Shown: positions 39,814 to 54,600 of the stretch, one piece after another
Layout: each line of letters starts with the position of its first letter
Position numbering within the stretch: position 1 is the stretch's first letter
NCBI GenBank assembly: GCA_040954595.2
Contig: CM082586.2
Location: 8,339,337-8,403,336 of the forward strand
Length of the DNA stretch: 64,000 nt
Reading direction: 5' to 3'
From: Balanoglossus misakiensis
Taxonomy: Eukaryota; Animalia; Hemichordata
Position numbers and translations under genes: made by a program
Notes under the pieces: generated by a model
Databases searched by the model: none
What the model was told of the DNA's origin: nothing
What the model saw: only the letters and a program-made list of their open reading frames with translations

Positions 39814-42800
39814 TAAGGTGGCGCCCTTATACATTAAAAGATGAGGCCGGGTCCGTCATTATAATGCTTATAATCAGTACATGTATATGCAAATACGGTA
39901 AATATAGAATTTATTTGAAAAATACGAGAAGCTTACTTCAAGTTGGTTACATAAGCAATCTTCAATACACCATTCTAACTCAATCAACTATAATTGTATA
40001 CTGTGGTTACATATACTGCTTAGCTTTATCACCAATCCCTGTATGCGTTTATGACTAATACTCTTGGTACCACATTGGTAAATGTGTCTGAATTCAAATG
40101 ACTTCAATTTTACGGTTTTTGGTAATTCGGCATTTTCAGGCGTACGGAGGACCTAGTTCATCGTTGGAAAAATCACACACTCTGAGTGAAGGCGATTCCG
40201 TAATCAATGAAGCGAATAAAATACATGACCCACCATTTTGTAAAATATGAAATCAAACCCTCCCACTTAATTGTGCTGAACCATGCCTTTCCCTACATAT
40301 GCACAATGATTTGCGTTCAAATAGGGTATGGTGACCGTGTATAAATAATGGTGCCATGGCAACGGCACCGAAACAGAACGCGCTCCACAATAGGCGTCTC
40401 GGCGTGTGGGCGGGTTTTTTGTGTGTGTCATTCATTCTCATGTGTCTTATTTACCCAGTTTGCAGCAAATATGCTTGACATTTAGTCGTCCTTGCACCTT
40501 GGAGCTACCCTTTATTGTAAATCTGTGGTAGCTCCATGCTTGTACGAAGCGATTCCATTACAAAAGTGTACAAATGATAGGCGAGGAATATTTGCTATAA
40601 AATGTCTGCTGCCCAAGTTGGTATATAGAGCGTCTACGTGTCACCGAATACTCGATTCTATTTATTCAGTTAGATTCCAGTGAGACAGCCACGCCACATT
40701 CTTCTTTGTAGTTTTGACATTTGTTTAAAAGAAGACTGACATGTTGTCAAGGATTAGGTGTGCTCACAAACACAGACATCGGAACAGGTCATACTTCAGT
40801 CCTTGCCCTACTTTATGTGTTAAAGCCCCATGAGCTGCAATTTTTGTGAAATTATCATGAAAGTTATTTTCAAACTGTACTAATATTACCCATACAGATG
40901 TATGCACTGAAGTATATACAAGTATTAGAAACCATAAGGATGTGCATATGCAGGTTTAACCAGACAAAATAAGATTTGCCGCGAAGGAATATGGTCGCCA
41001 TTGTTGGAAAGTTCAATGAAAACGTTGCATTTCACAACTCAGGCTGGTGCTCTCTGACCATAATATTGATGATATCCTCGTCTGGTCAGAGATCACCATC
41101 CCTCGTGCAGGCTTCTAATCGTGATGTTGCCCTCGCTATCATGTGTTATTATTTAATTATACTACACTTTCTTATAAGCAAACACAGCAAAGCAAATTTC
41201 TGGTTAGGAGTCGATATATGCACAGTCATTCTTTATTCAGCTTAAAGATCTGTATTTCTTGACAATGACTATAGAAATAAACAATAGTCCTAATATCTGT
41301 GCACATAACTGATATTAGGAAATTCAATTTGGCAGTCGCGCCTTGTGTGTGACCATTCTGCCTGTTGAATTAAAGAGTTGTGTACAAAATGACTGATCTA
41401 TGTTGAAAATGCTAAAAGGTGAAAGACAATTAAAACGTGCAACTAGCATGGTAAGTTTACGAACAAATTTATTTTCATAAATAAAGGGACAAAGTCTCTC
41501 TTTCGCTGCCTTTTTTCCATTAATTATGTTTGATACAAGACATTGTTTATATTAATGTACATGATGTGTGAGTTTGTACATGTTATTTGTTGTGATCATG
41601 CACCTTGTATTATGGCTGGAAACAATTAAAACATACTTCGGGTGAAGCTACAGAAACAGAAACACAGGTAATTATACTGAATGCTTACATGCATTTTGTT
41701 GACAAGAATGTCATTTCACACAGAGCAGTCTAGCTAGGGAGACCGACATGATTTAGTTTTCAATCATGTGGCCACCGTAATTGATGTTATTTGCATTTGC
41801 TTACTGTAAATAAAAGAACTTCTCAAAGACCAACAATGTAAAAACACCAATCAATCACAATGATAAGTGATTATCGATTGAAGTTATCAGTCATTTGTCT
41901 CAAGACAACCCTTCTACCCTCCACACAAATTTATTGACATCTTGAAAAGTACAAAGTTTCAAAAGTTTTATTTGTGTTTGTCAAACAGTGAGGATAAAAA
42001 GTTTTAGTCCATGATGTGTATCTATGTTCACACTGGGTAAAACTAGAAGCGTTTCAGAGACACTATTTGCCATTTGTAAACACATTAATCGATTGAGTGG
42101 TTTTGTGTCCATCACACACACAAAGTTAAAGCACAGACCCTGGCACTTGGCCCTATTGACAGTGTTTACAAGCTGTCTTACTGGGCTGTATCTGAACAAG
42201 GTATAAGTAATCCTGACTCCCCCCCCCCCCACACACACTCGTTTCTATGCCCCAAAAAAGCTATACAACTTGTTTACTCAAAAATGCATATATTTTCCAC
42301 ACTGGATAAAACATACCATAAATCCCCACATAAGTTAGTCTACAACAAACAGCAACTATCTTTCTAAAGAAACAATTTAATACTTCTTGTAAATTCCATA
42401 ACTTGGCTGTCACAAGAACAGAGCCCAAATGGTCTCTAACCCTAACAGCTACAAAATGGCTTCCCTGGATGTGCATAAATGACTGGTACTACTGTATATG
42501 AATTATGACTATAGTTATTGCTACAAATGAATTCAATTCCAGACTTAAATTCAATTTTCAACAATAAAATTGCTGATTACTACTAAAGCCATGCGTTGAG
42601 AAAAAAATATTGACCACATATTATGTTTAACAGAGTAGAACACTACATCTGATCAACTGCCACTGGGGCGGTAAACCAATCAGGAGGCTCCTTATAGAGA
42701 ACGATAGGTACATGTATCCTTCAGTGAAGATCCATGTAACATGCAATCTGATTGGCCTGGCCACAACAGGAGTTTGAACAAGAGCTTCTATGGGAGTTTG

Positions 42801-42966
42801 TCAGATGTAGTGTGAGGCGACAGCATAAGAAAACCGTACTGCGAAGAAAAAGACATCGCCGTACATGTGATTTTAATCAGATTGTATGCATACTACACTG
42901 AAGGAGGCCTGGACACTACACTATGTGATAGGGGTGAATTTTATGGAAGGGACCAGGGACAACCAC

Positions 42967-45779
42967 TCACCAGTGTCTATAGATAAAACGAGCTGCTTTG
43001 AACGCCATGTATGTCACTGTTAATGAAAGAAAGATGAATTCTCTCTGCGATCTGTGCATTTGATCAGTTTCTAAAATTAACATCCGTCTTGATAGGCTGG
43101 CAACCTGGTATCTCAGCTCTGGTATAGAATTGGCAACTGGCTCTTCAATGACATCATCTTCGTCTGTACCCATGGAAAGTAATTGAAGGTCATCTACTGC
43201 TGGGGTTGGTTGGGAGCTGTAATGTACACAACATACATGTAGAATACAAGTTATCATATGCCTAGATTCAGGTCTCCATGTAACCCCCATCAGAGGTTAG
43301 GTAAAAAAAAATTTGAGTGCGTCTTTTTGACGCATTCATCAAAAAATTGCATCGAATGCCTTCAGCAGCCTGTGTCCTACACATGTATAGTTCAATATTC
43401 ATCAAACAAAATTAGCTACATTTAGAGTACAAAAGGTCGCGAGCGCTAGTTGTTACATTTTGAGCATAGAGTTCACATGCACTGGAGGTTGTTTTGATCC
43501 CAGGCCCACTGTGCTATTTTCAGACATTGTCAGTCGGTAAGCGTATGGTTTACGTTGACCATTGTGTACACCTTCACACCACTCTTGTTTTCACATAGTA
43601 TGCCCAGCCCGGTTGCCCCCCCCCCCCCCCCCCCAGGTAATTCACACACTTTTCTGAAGGTTTTTGGTTCTCATTGCTTGGCGCATTGCTCTTATGAGGT
43701 TATCGTCTGATATCACCTCTTGTTGCCGCGAGTGTTTTTGTGAGCTGCATCACACTACTACGACTCGGTATTCTTGTGATTGTCAGTGACATAACATTTG
43801 TACCATGAATTATATTATTTTTTATTTAAAGGGACAAAGTCTCTCTCTCGCTGCCTTTTTTTCCATTAATTATATTTGATACCAGACAACGTGTGTTATT
43901 CTACATGTGGATATATAGTGAATGAACGTTCAACCACACACAACTTCCATCCCTCTTATAGACAGGAGAGTGAAAAAACTCGCCAAAATGAATAATCGTT
44001 CTTTACCATTTATTCATTTTGGGCGAGTTTTTACTCTCATATCATACAAGTGGGAAGGAAGTTTTGTGTGGTTGAACGTTGATTCACTATATATCCACAT
44101 GTACATTAACATAAACAGTGTCTTGTATCAAACATAATTAATGGAAAAATGCCAGCGAGAGAGAGACTTTGTCCCTTTAAGACTGGTAACTTTGAAGTAC
44201 TCACTGTAAAGAGACATCTGTAACTGGTCCATTGCTACCATTGGCTACACCTTGACTAGACGACGGACGATGCCTTGATTCTCGATACACATTTGATTCT
44301 ATTGATGGAAAGTCCTGGTCTTCAAGTTTCAATACTCTGGGAGGTGTGGTCAGGCCAACTGGTGTATCACCTTGACAACAAACAGATAATGGTAGTAGAG
44401 ACAGAAGGTTCGAATTTTAACTTTCAAGTCGATTTTCAATCATTTTTTTTTTAAAATGGCCCTCCTAAAGAATGTTATCCAGACTTTAGATTTTGTGACG
44501 TGATCTGCCTACTTGTCGCTAAAGCTTTATTGTCACAATGGTAGAATCTGTTGCATGCATTCAAACTGAACAGTGCAACAAAATATCCAATCACATGTAC
44601 AGATATACATGTAGGGCTGATGCAAAAAATTTCAAAACATTCTCAAATGGCTTTTGAAGCCAAGCCTGCTAGACAGCACTATGATGGGTGCTATTTTGAT
44701 ATCACTAGTTTATCTTTGGCTACCTGAATCTAAAAAAGAGAGAGGTCTTTCTCAATCCAAATGCACAGTAATGACACAAACCTGGTAATGGTGGGTCCAT
44801 GATATCCAGATTTAACACCCTTGGTGAGGAATCCTTCAAACCAACATGTGTTCCAGATCCTGCATATGGGGGAATCAGAATTGAATGTATGTCAACAAAC
44901 AACAGTGAGATTACATGTCTAGGGCTATTAAAGCCAGTCTTTGAGACGTACATGTTCATAAAACATTTGTGTAAAGTCTTAAGAATTCCTGAAAATATTG
45001 CAGTCCACTTGTACATGTACTAACCTGGCCAACATCATGTGCTATTGGCTAATACCATGTGCACTTTTCTCTAACTTTGGTTACTTTCATTTGACCCTCA
45101 GTGGAAAAGTCAGTTGCAAATGAATTTGATCTTTGAAAGTCTACAAATCACATGAGATACCCTGGTCATTTTTGTTGTCCCCCAGAGCTGATGAGAGGTC
45201 CCATGGAAATAAGCTTACTGAGATGTATAAATGAACACCTTATCGATGCCCGATTGTGGCTGCATGTTGCAATTTGAACACGCTATGTATTAAACAGGTG
45301 CCACACCGATATAATCAGCCTCCATACAAACAGTACACAGCCATCGTGGTATGCGTCACCAAGAGATGACACACTGATGCAAATGCATGCAATATGACTT
45401 GATGGTGAGGATTTTAAAGGATAGGGAATGTAATTGAAGTATTTTACTGTGAAAATAATATGTGAAATTTGGCAGCTATAGGGGCTTTAAACATGTGATT
45501 GACATGACATGCTTTATTATGGCACTTGCATAGGCTCGTACCTCCAACTAATATCCTATCTGGCACCGACATATCAGTGGCCGGTATGTCGTCTGGTTGA
45601 TAATACCCATTATTGACATCACCACCATCATCACCGGATACGCTGATTTTATCCGGAACTCTCATCTTCACGTTGATATCCTGAGAAAATTCGGCGCTGT
45701 ACGACAGCCGCTGCAGCTCCTCCATGTCTTTTTCCATTTCCGCCAGGCTAAAAGATGAATGCATAGAACTGTCGCCCAT
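42967..45779 (-). CDS. MFF: Mitochondrial fission factor (Miff domain), 4 coding exons, ~243 aa
   Basis: Exons 45542..45779 (MRVPDKI and MSVPDRILVG repeats), 44782..44859, 44205..44370 (LTTPPRVLKL) and 42967..43216 (coiled coil LRYQVASLSRRMLILE and C-terminal TM anchor). Phases 1, 1 and 2 all match. Confidence 0.93.
43830..44176. mobile_element. Kolobok-like palindromic MITE, family A (copy 2)
   Basis: TTAA|AGGGACAAAGTCTCTCTCTCGCTG...CAGCGAGAGAGAGACTTTGTCCCT|TTAA. Confidence 0.85.
45180..45486. repeat. Dispersed MITE-like repeat, family B (copy 2)
   Basis: Homologous to 38121..38466. Ends ...GCAGCTATAGGGGCT|TTAA. Confidence 0.7.
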
Positions 45780-46136
45780 GATTATCATCAAACATAGTGT
45801 GAAACGGCCAACACTCTCAATAGGGAAGTCCTGCAAGAGACAGATAGAGGCAGCCATCACTCCAACAGTAGAATTTATATCATTATGACAAGCATACAAT
45901 GTACATCATCATTTGTTATGATGACATGTATTGTAATGAAGTGAATCATGGACCACTTCGCGGAAAACGCAGGGTGTTGTGGGACAGTTTGCGTTCTGAG
46001 CGCGTGTGTCACTCAGCCATGTACTACAAGACGCTATGTTGAACGCAAATTATACCATCATGCATTGCAGATACCCTATCCGCAAGGTGGTCTATGCAGC
46101 CTTTCAATTGCGATTCTCACCTTGACTTATGTACAT

Positions 46137-46291
46137 CAGTGTTCTCCCCAGGAATTTCTGATAGAGTAGTAGCTAATTTGCATAACCATATAAATAATTG
46201 TTAATATGTTATTTAAATTCTGTTGTCTTCTCAAAATTAAAGAGTAGTGGCCACTAAGCTTTAATTAATTGCTTCAATGGGGAGAACACTG
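46137..46291. mobile_element. Small hAT5-like MITE
   Basis: CAGTGTTCTCCCCA...TGGGGAGAACACTG with a TACAT 5-bp TSD. Confidence 0.75.
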
Positions 46292-47230
46292 TACATGCAA
46301 ACATGTAAAAAGAAAAAAGTAGTTGTCACTTGTTCCTACTGTGCATGTATCAATGATTGCTGTCAAAAAAATTCTTTCTACTGGTGTCATACAATACCCG
46401 GTACATGTTGAAAGGGTTGAAAAATGATGTCAAATATTCCTTAATATATAAATTTGTAATTCAACATTTTACTTGTCTTTTTAGGTTAATTTTCTTGAAT
46501 CACATTAAAAGTTAGCGATTTTCTCGGTACATTAACACCGGTTTTGTTGGAGTTTAAATGGGACCGGGTAAGTGTCAAAAACTGTTGGACGGCAGAACCA
46601 AAGTTTAAGGCCGTACCTATCCGAAAGTACACAGGTCGAGCATTGGTATGTTTTCCTTCGTATCTAATCTTCGTTTTCTTGCCGATTCGCCTTCCGACCA
46701 AAGTTTTGCCGCCTAAACCGTTTTTCTTCTACAAATCTCACTATTTAACGAAATAACCAGTGTATTGGATCACGAGTTTTCTTTACGCATTCGCTGAGAA
46801 CTTGCGTCATTCCATTCAGAGTCCAGTGGCAGCGCCTGACACTGTGAGTGTGACGTGCAACCCGGCGCAGAAAACTGTGTCACTCACTGTGATACACTGG
46901 CGATCTCGCTAAATAGGGAAACACAAATCTGTTCGCGACCAGTGCAAATCCAGGCAAGTCGGACCTGTAGATCCGGTTTGTCGTCTAACACACAAACGAA
47001 AGCAAAACCTCGAGCTACTGAACTGCAGCTTAAAAAATAACCAGCACCGGACCGGGTTTAATCAGCGGTCCTATTACATGTTTTGAACAATTTAATGCGA
47101 ATTGTGCGACCACATTACCTTTGACAGGTGATTCCGGTGCCGTCAGGATTACTCACAAAACCACAAACAGTAAACGATGGTAGAATTTGACGAAATGCTT
47201 TGATTAGTCACAAAGTCATGTTGATCGCAT

Positions 47231-47242
47231 GGCCGCCATTTT
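47231..47242 (-). promoter_or_regulatory. YY1-like AAAATGGCGGCC motif, probably near the MFF transcription start / non-coding first exon
   Basis: Motif in a CpG-richer region, with a candidate donor (AAG|gtaatg) at ~47118 on the minus strand. Confidence 0.4.
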
Positions 47243-47531
47243 GAATCCTGATCAGAGCGGAAGTGCGCAGTTTTCTCACAACAAACTATGATGGCGCTGT
47301 TTTGACGTGTGTAAGGTCGCCGTCAGGTCATATACAGGTGGGCTACTGCACTGTGCAGTGCTACTATACTAATTTGACCTCGTTAGAATATTTAAGAGTA
47401 ATAGTGGGATGCCTCAGATTGACGTTTCATATATCAAACAGAAGTAGGAATTTTCCGGATTTTCCCGAGTTATAAAAATTATAGAACAAGTGAAGTACAT
47501 GAACACTTTTGTCCACTTAGTGATGGATAGT

Positions 47532-47562
<31 letters not shown>

Positions 47563-47820
47563 CTAGGGGGTAGGCCCTCGATACTTGACAGAAAACTATT
47601 CCCAAAAGGGCATACTTTAAACGCCGTATGCTTAGTGTCATTTTGCAGTAAAATTTATAGGAGCATGTATTGGGATAAATTGATTATAGGATGACTGTGT
47701 TCTATGTACACATATCAATGTCAAAGATCAGTCAAACTCATCATCAGCATGTTAAATTCCCATTTGATCGCACCATGACATTGCCGTAACAACGTACCTG
47801 CTGAGTAATGACTATATCTC

Positions 47821-47926
47821 ATCTGATTAAAATCAGATGCAGGGAACGGCGACGTGTTTTTGTAGTGTGAGGCGACAGCATACAAAAACCACGTCGCCGT
47901 TCCCTACATCTGATTTTAATCAGATT
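47821..47926. repeat. Short palindromic element
   Basis: ATCTGATTAAAATCAGATG..GGGAACGGCGACGTG...CACGTCGCCGTTCCC..CATCTGATTTTAATCAGAT. A related half copy is at ~42806-42884. Confidence 0.8.
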
Positions 47927-48644
47927 GGACTGATATCAGCAGTCTGAACAGTTTCATATTATATAACACACCCATCAAATAGTTCAATACTTCAATGCAT
48001 GGCTAACACAACAATACTATCTGAGATCACCGGCCAACAGACAAACATTATGGATAAAAGTTGCCCAGTATGAGAGGGTGTCGATGTATTGCTCGTGGCC
48101 TATTGTAATAGCCATCAGCCGCTGCATGTTACTTCTGATAAAAATTTATATTGCTGGGATGTAAAAATGTATGTTAATTTGAGTTGAATAAACATTACTT
48201 TAAAGAAAAAAAATATTGGTGCCTCTAAATTAAATAGTTTTATTCTAGACGGGTGAACAAACTATATCATACGGTTTATTTGTATTTGTAGCGTTGCCAT
48301 GACGGCATTAAATAGGTCACAATGGCATGGTCATACAAATACGCTGACACGTATTGACTCAGATAGACGAAGCCCGGCCCATCTGTTCATTGTTTTGAGT
48401 GTTTGCCGCCTAGGTTACAGCGTCGATCGCAGTCAGAGGCGTTCAGTATTAACAGCTAAACGGATAGAGTCGCATCCTACCATAAAATGTGGGGTAATTA
48501 GAGTAGTTACACTTTACGTGTCGCTCAACGACTGCTACATGCTAGTGTCTTCTGAAATCTAACGGTAGCCTGTGGAAGGTGTGTGTGTGCGAGCGATATC
48601 CTGACCTGCGTAATTTATGAAGAATACAAGAACAAAATTTGACA

Positions 48645-51600
48645 ATGTCTGACGTTCATAAGCAGTTGCTGTTCGGCAAATGCCACACACGTCTACCGCC
48701 GTTACGATCCCGCGTGGTTCGTATTTTTACCAGTTCAACCTTCACAGGTACGTCTTGATCATGTATACGGCAGTTCACCCATTTAATATCAAGATAGCTA
48801 ATTATCAATTATCATTAATTGCCGACAAGGAGACAATAACCAATCAGGTTCAGGATAAACGTCATGTATTACAGTGAATCACAGTTGCGTGTAACCTGGA
48901 TAGTAACGCCATGGCCAGCGATACTTCTTAAAAACAGACGTAGCGCTCGCCCCGGCGTAACGACCCACATGCGGTTTAAACACGCCCGCTGTGAATAATA
49001 CACCTGAATTGGATATTGTGTGAGACAGCTTTGTACACATATACAGGCATTGTCCATGCACTTGCGGTCTGTTGGCATAGTTTACATATTGATGCGTTAT
49101 CGATACAATCTCCTTACTGTCTTTAACACTTTAACTGTTATACATCCATTACTGGATGCGCAAGGGAAATTATAGAATATAAAAATATTTTTCCGTACAG
49201 AATTCTTCACACCTTCACTGATACTGTCAAAAAGACAGCCTGACCCAATACCGCACGGTGACCTTGAAAACTAGTGACTTGTACACGGGCACATGAATTA
49301 GAATGATTTACTTTTTTGCATCGCTGTGCTTTCACAACATTGATTCCGATGCCTGTGGCCGGTCTGATATATCTCCGGAGAAACACGCATTGCACTGGCG
49401 ATACATTGAAGTCAATCTTATAGTTTATGCATGGGGTTGACCCGAATTAACAGGTGGAGGGTCGCGAAAAATTGTGACCCTCCCCCAATTGAAGCCATTG
49501 CATGAAAAAACATGTAGTGACCTTTCATCTGCATCAAATCACAAAGCAACTTTATATTATAGAAGAAGCTACCTATTTCGCAAAGAGTGGACATATTGGC
49601 TGGGGACATCCATGCTTGAATATGAGTAGCCTCACCCAAATTCCACCAGTCATGAGTTACAATCAACGAGCAGGAGTTGTGTAAACATAATAAATAATAC
49701 ATGATTTGATTAGTATGGCACATCAATTATTATTAAGCCTGCTCATATTGGAATGGTGATAGGGGAATTGGTCCCTGATCACAGGGGGCTGCAAACATTA
49801 AAGTTATAAATGGCGGAGTTCCGATCTGCATTTTCCCAACCTGTCTTATCATTTGCTAATCCAGAATACAAGCTATCGCATTTCCCATTAACCACCTGCT
49901 AACGACTTAATCTGTGTGCCCCATCCACGGATTAAGTTGATAAAGTTAACATCGGTCTGCGAGCGAAGTGAGAACTGACCGATGTTTACTTAATACACTT
50001 AATCCGTGGATGGGGCACACAGATTAAGTCGTTAGCAGGTGCTTAATGGGAAATTCGATAGCTTGTAGTCCGGATTAGCAAATGATAAGACAGGTGGGGG
50101 TAACACAGAAAAATAAACAAGCACAGAGACTGTTCAGCAAGTACTGTTTATTGGGGGAAAATGCAGATCAGAACTCCGTTTGCAGCCCCCTGTGCCAGGA
50201 TAGGGGCTTCGGCAATCTTGCTGCATGCCTGTTCTATAATTGAAGCCTGGGTGGGTAGGTTGGGTGGCTGGATCGCGCTGATGTTCCGCGCGATCAAACC
50301 AGTCACCAAGGCTACTAGTACAAATATTGCAGCTAGGCTCTCCTTGACTTAGACATCACCACGGTTACCGTGGACATCACTATAGATATCCGACATAGGG
50401 GGCGCTTTTTCGCCCCGCCTTGTCGAAATCATTCGGTACAGGGAGGGAATCATCGGTCATAGATCACGTTTATTTATAAGCTTACGATCGATGGATACCT
50501 CTATTCACTGTGACGAGATGCAATTCAATTAAAGTAACAGTAATTATTCATTACGCATGTATCACTCTAGACGCCATGGTCAATCAATCAATCCAGGACT
50601 CATGTTCCGACCCCGTCTTATAACCACGCCCACAACCATATAGGAAATTACAAATTTGGACATTGCGTGGTTGACCAGATGTGTTTACTTTTTTTTTCCT
50701 TTTGATAACTCGACAAGTGAGTGAAAAGTTTGTTTTGCTCTGACGATAGTGGATATCATTATTTTCGATGTGAATTGCAAGATTTGTTTTGAATGTTTAA
50801 AGTTGTGTTGCATTATTGAATATCAGAGCATTATCCAACCAAAGTTTTTGATTTTCAAACTACATAGATAATCAGTGCCTGAGAAAATTTCCAGTGCTTT
50901 ATTATTTCTAAGAACTTAAGAAAGTATTGTCATTTCTTTTAATTGTTGATTTTGGATTCTCCTGTGTGTGTATAATGAAAATCCGTGATAAAATATGGGG
51001 GTCACCGCGCTTGTTTTTGAAAACTTGAACAGAGCCATGAATTTAGTCGAAAAAAGAAGAAAACTGATGACTCAGCATTTTTCACCAATGGTTTGTCTAT
51101 GGGCATCTTTTTAACGAAGTTGATCTCAAAATAGAGCGCGGTGACCACGATTTTATTTTACTGATGAATGTATATTTACTTGACTGAGCTATGAGTAAAA
51201 TGTCGTGAACATGACAATAGCAGAAGTTTGTTTTCTTGCATTATCAATGAAATCTTATTGGAAAAAATGACACACGTGCACTGTTTATTAGTTTATGTTC
51301 TGCGCGTACATCCTTAAACCCCGGTGCGGGGTGTAAAAGACCAAATCAGTGGCGAATCTTAATGCCGTTTGACTGACAACAGACAACACCAACGATCTTG
51401 GCTCTATGAAAATCGGCCCAAACAGGTCCAAGCATAAAGAATTACACCACAAAACGACAGTAGTTGGCTTTATAAACACACACAACATAAAGTTATCGAC
51501 GAAAAAGTACACGGGCTTATGAAACAACGATGATTTTGGGAGAAATCTGGTTTCAGTGCTTTTCAGACGCGTCCCTGGGAAACAATAACCACGCCATTCA

Positions 51601-54600
51601 AACAGTTGTCAATCGCGTGGAAGTGTGAAGTGTTCAATTATTTTCTGTGTACATGAGAGAAATTACACAGTCATTATGCACGACGACCACTCCCAAATAA
51701 ACAACTATACAAACACACGTTAATCCGAACCCCAGGACTTTCCGCACCGAGGTTTAATTTTAACCTTCGATACAATGATGTGAAGTAATGATGTTGATCG
51801 TATTCGAAAAATGCATGACACTGCATGTTTGATATAAAAAAACATAGTGATTGCCATGTTTCAATTTTCCACAATGGGTGTAGACACAGGAACTGAGATT
51901 TGGTTTGATTAGATTAATATGTATTTCATTTGTATTTTCTTTAAGATACATCCGTTGAACGTAATGCTTTGATGCGCGATGTTTATCCTAAACTGAAAGA
52001 CTACAGCAAATCCAAACATGGCTTGGAATTTCAAGTGGTTGACATGAGATGGGGAGTACGTGATGAAGCTACCGACGATCACATGACATCAGAACTCTGC
52101 ATGAATGAAATCGCAGCATGTCAGGGACTCTCTACGGGACCTAATTTTGTGGTAGGTTTTTACACAAAATAATATTTACCATATCAAAAAATCCTTATAA
52201 ACGGTTAGCAGACATACCCCTGGATTTACTATGGATATACTATGTGAATAACATTGTACATGTTTCGTATTATTTTCGTTTCATTCTCAAACATTACTAG
52301 TAGTGGAGCAATGGTATATTGTATTGTCCATGTAAACCAATGTGTTAAAGGGACAAAGTCTCTCTCGCGCTGCATTTTTCCATTAATTATGTTTGATACA
52401 AGATACTGTTTATGTTGTGACTCTACATGAGGGTATATAGTGAATCTACGTTCGACCACACACACCGACCATCACGCTTGTAGACATGAGAGTGAAAAAA
52501 ACTCGCCAAAATGAATAATCAGTCTCTACCATTTATTCATTTTGGGCGAGTTTTTAGTCTCATATCATACAAGCGGGATGGAAATTGTGTGTGGTCGAAT
52601 GTTGATTCACTATATATCCAAATGTACATTAACATAAATGGTGTCTTGTATCAAACATAATTAATGGGGAAAAGGGCAGCAAGAGAGAGACTTTGTCCCT
52701 TTAACTCTGCAACTGCTGAATGGTAGAAGTCAAATATCTATTCTTAACCCAATGTTCTACCACAAAGACTGAGACGTATTATGATATATCAGACTATCAC
52801 TTAGTTTTATAGTATACATAGGCCTACATCCTGAGAATTTTCCCCCACAGACATTCATATGTCAGAAGTATGGCTACCGTCCATTTCCTCCCAAAATTCC
52901 AGCAGTGGAGTTTGAGGCCATGAGGAAAGTCTCCATGGAGAACGGAGAATCTGTGGAAACGCTGGATGAGTGGTTTGTGAAAGACCAGAATGCCATTCCG
53001 GCAATCTACATCCTTCAACCAATCAGCTCCAGACTGAAACATTTCAACGACGAACAAAACGCAGACAAAATGAACGAGGATCGCAACAAATGGTGGGGAA
53101 TATTCGAAAGTGTGCAGGCACAACTCAGAAACGCGGCGTCCGTTTGTGAGAAGAAAGGAACCTTCAACAAGACACAAGCAGCAAAATATACAATATCAGG
53201 TGAGACTTATTAGCCTTCATCTATTCATGACTCAAAGAAAGTTTTTAATAGAACATTATGACTATCGAAAATCCGCTAGCTTTTCGTAAACATTATTTCC
53301 CAAAGGTACCCCTAGGAATAGAAAATACAAACGTTGCTAAAAGTTGATTCCAAATTCTTTCCATTTAATAGTAACACACGATGAAGTGCAACATGGTGTT
53401 ATTGATGCAAGTGGCAAGAAAGAAGATCACTGCGTGTGTTTCGTGCGCAAATTCACTGACTTGGAACAACACGCAGACAATAAAGAAGCGAGAAATTTCA
53501 TCGACATCAAGTGGGAAAATAACCAAGTAGACCAAGAGGCCAAGCAGCTACTGGGCACTTTAAGAGACAAGGCAATTCCTAACTGCTTAAAACCACCTAA
53601 CCTAATTGTTTCAAACCTGAACAAATGGTCAGAGAAGGGCGTAGATGTGGATATCCCAGAACATCGACAATACTTGGATGAATTCTTGAAGAAATTCTAC
53701 GACACAATGGTGATGCTTATTGATAGGGCAGTGAAAGAAGACACCACTAATATCAGTAATAACCCCATGTATGAAGAAATTCTGCAACATCTCACATTCT
53801 GCAAGCTGAAATGTCAATCATTCCACGGCAGAGATGACCTCTTGGCCAAGGTTAAAGGTTATTTACAAGAGCGAGTTAAAGGCAGTCCTGCTACAGCCTC
53901 TCCTATGGTCATTTATGGTGAATCCGGCAGTGGTAAAACATCAGTCACTGCCAAGGCAGCATTTCAGACAACATCCGAGTGGTTCGGCAATAAAAGCCCG
54001 GCTGTGATAGTCAGATTTCTCGGTACTACACCAGCAAGTACAGGAGTACGCCAGTTGCTGAAATCGGTTTGCCAGCAAGTTCTGTCAATATATGGTGGTG
54101 ATCCTGAACAGGTTCCAGATGATTACTTCAGAGTGGTTCGTTGCTTTGCCCAGGTTCTAAGTCATGCAACACGTGACAAGCCGCTTGTCATATTCCTGGA
54201 TTCATTAGACCAGTTATCGCCGGCTGAGGGCGCTCACAGGATGGCTTGGTTACCGCGAAATCTTCCTCCGCACGTCGCCATCGTTGTGTCAACTCTTCCA
54301 AATGAATTCAGTATTCTTAACAGGTTGCGGGCGATTTTACCCAAAGCAGCCAGGTATGCTGAAGTCAACCCTCTCACAGTTGATGAAAGTATCACAATCG
54401 TGGAATCCTGGCTGCTGTCTGAGAAACGAGGTGTCAACGCCGATCAGAAATCTGTCATATCCAACGCAATTCAGCAGTGCAGTCTCCCGCTCTTTCTGAG
54501 GTTACTCTACGACCAAGCCCGAAAATGGCAGTCCTATTTACCCGTGAATCAGTTACAAATCAACTCATCTGTCAAAGGCATGATATCACTGATATTCGAT

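Noticed and set aside
44782-44859. Possible duplicated or mutually exclusive MFF exon (SPRVLNL versus PPRVLKL)
   Set aside because: Invertebrate MFF/Tango11 proteins normally carry both motifs in series, so I treated it as an ordinary exon.
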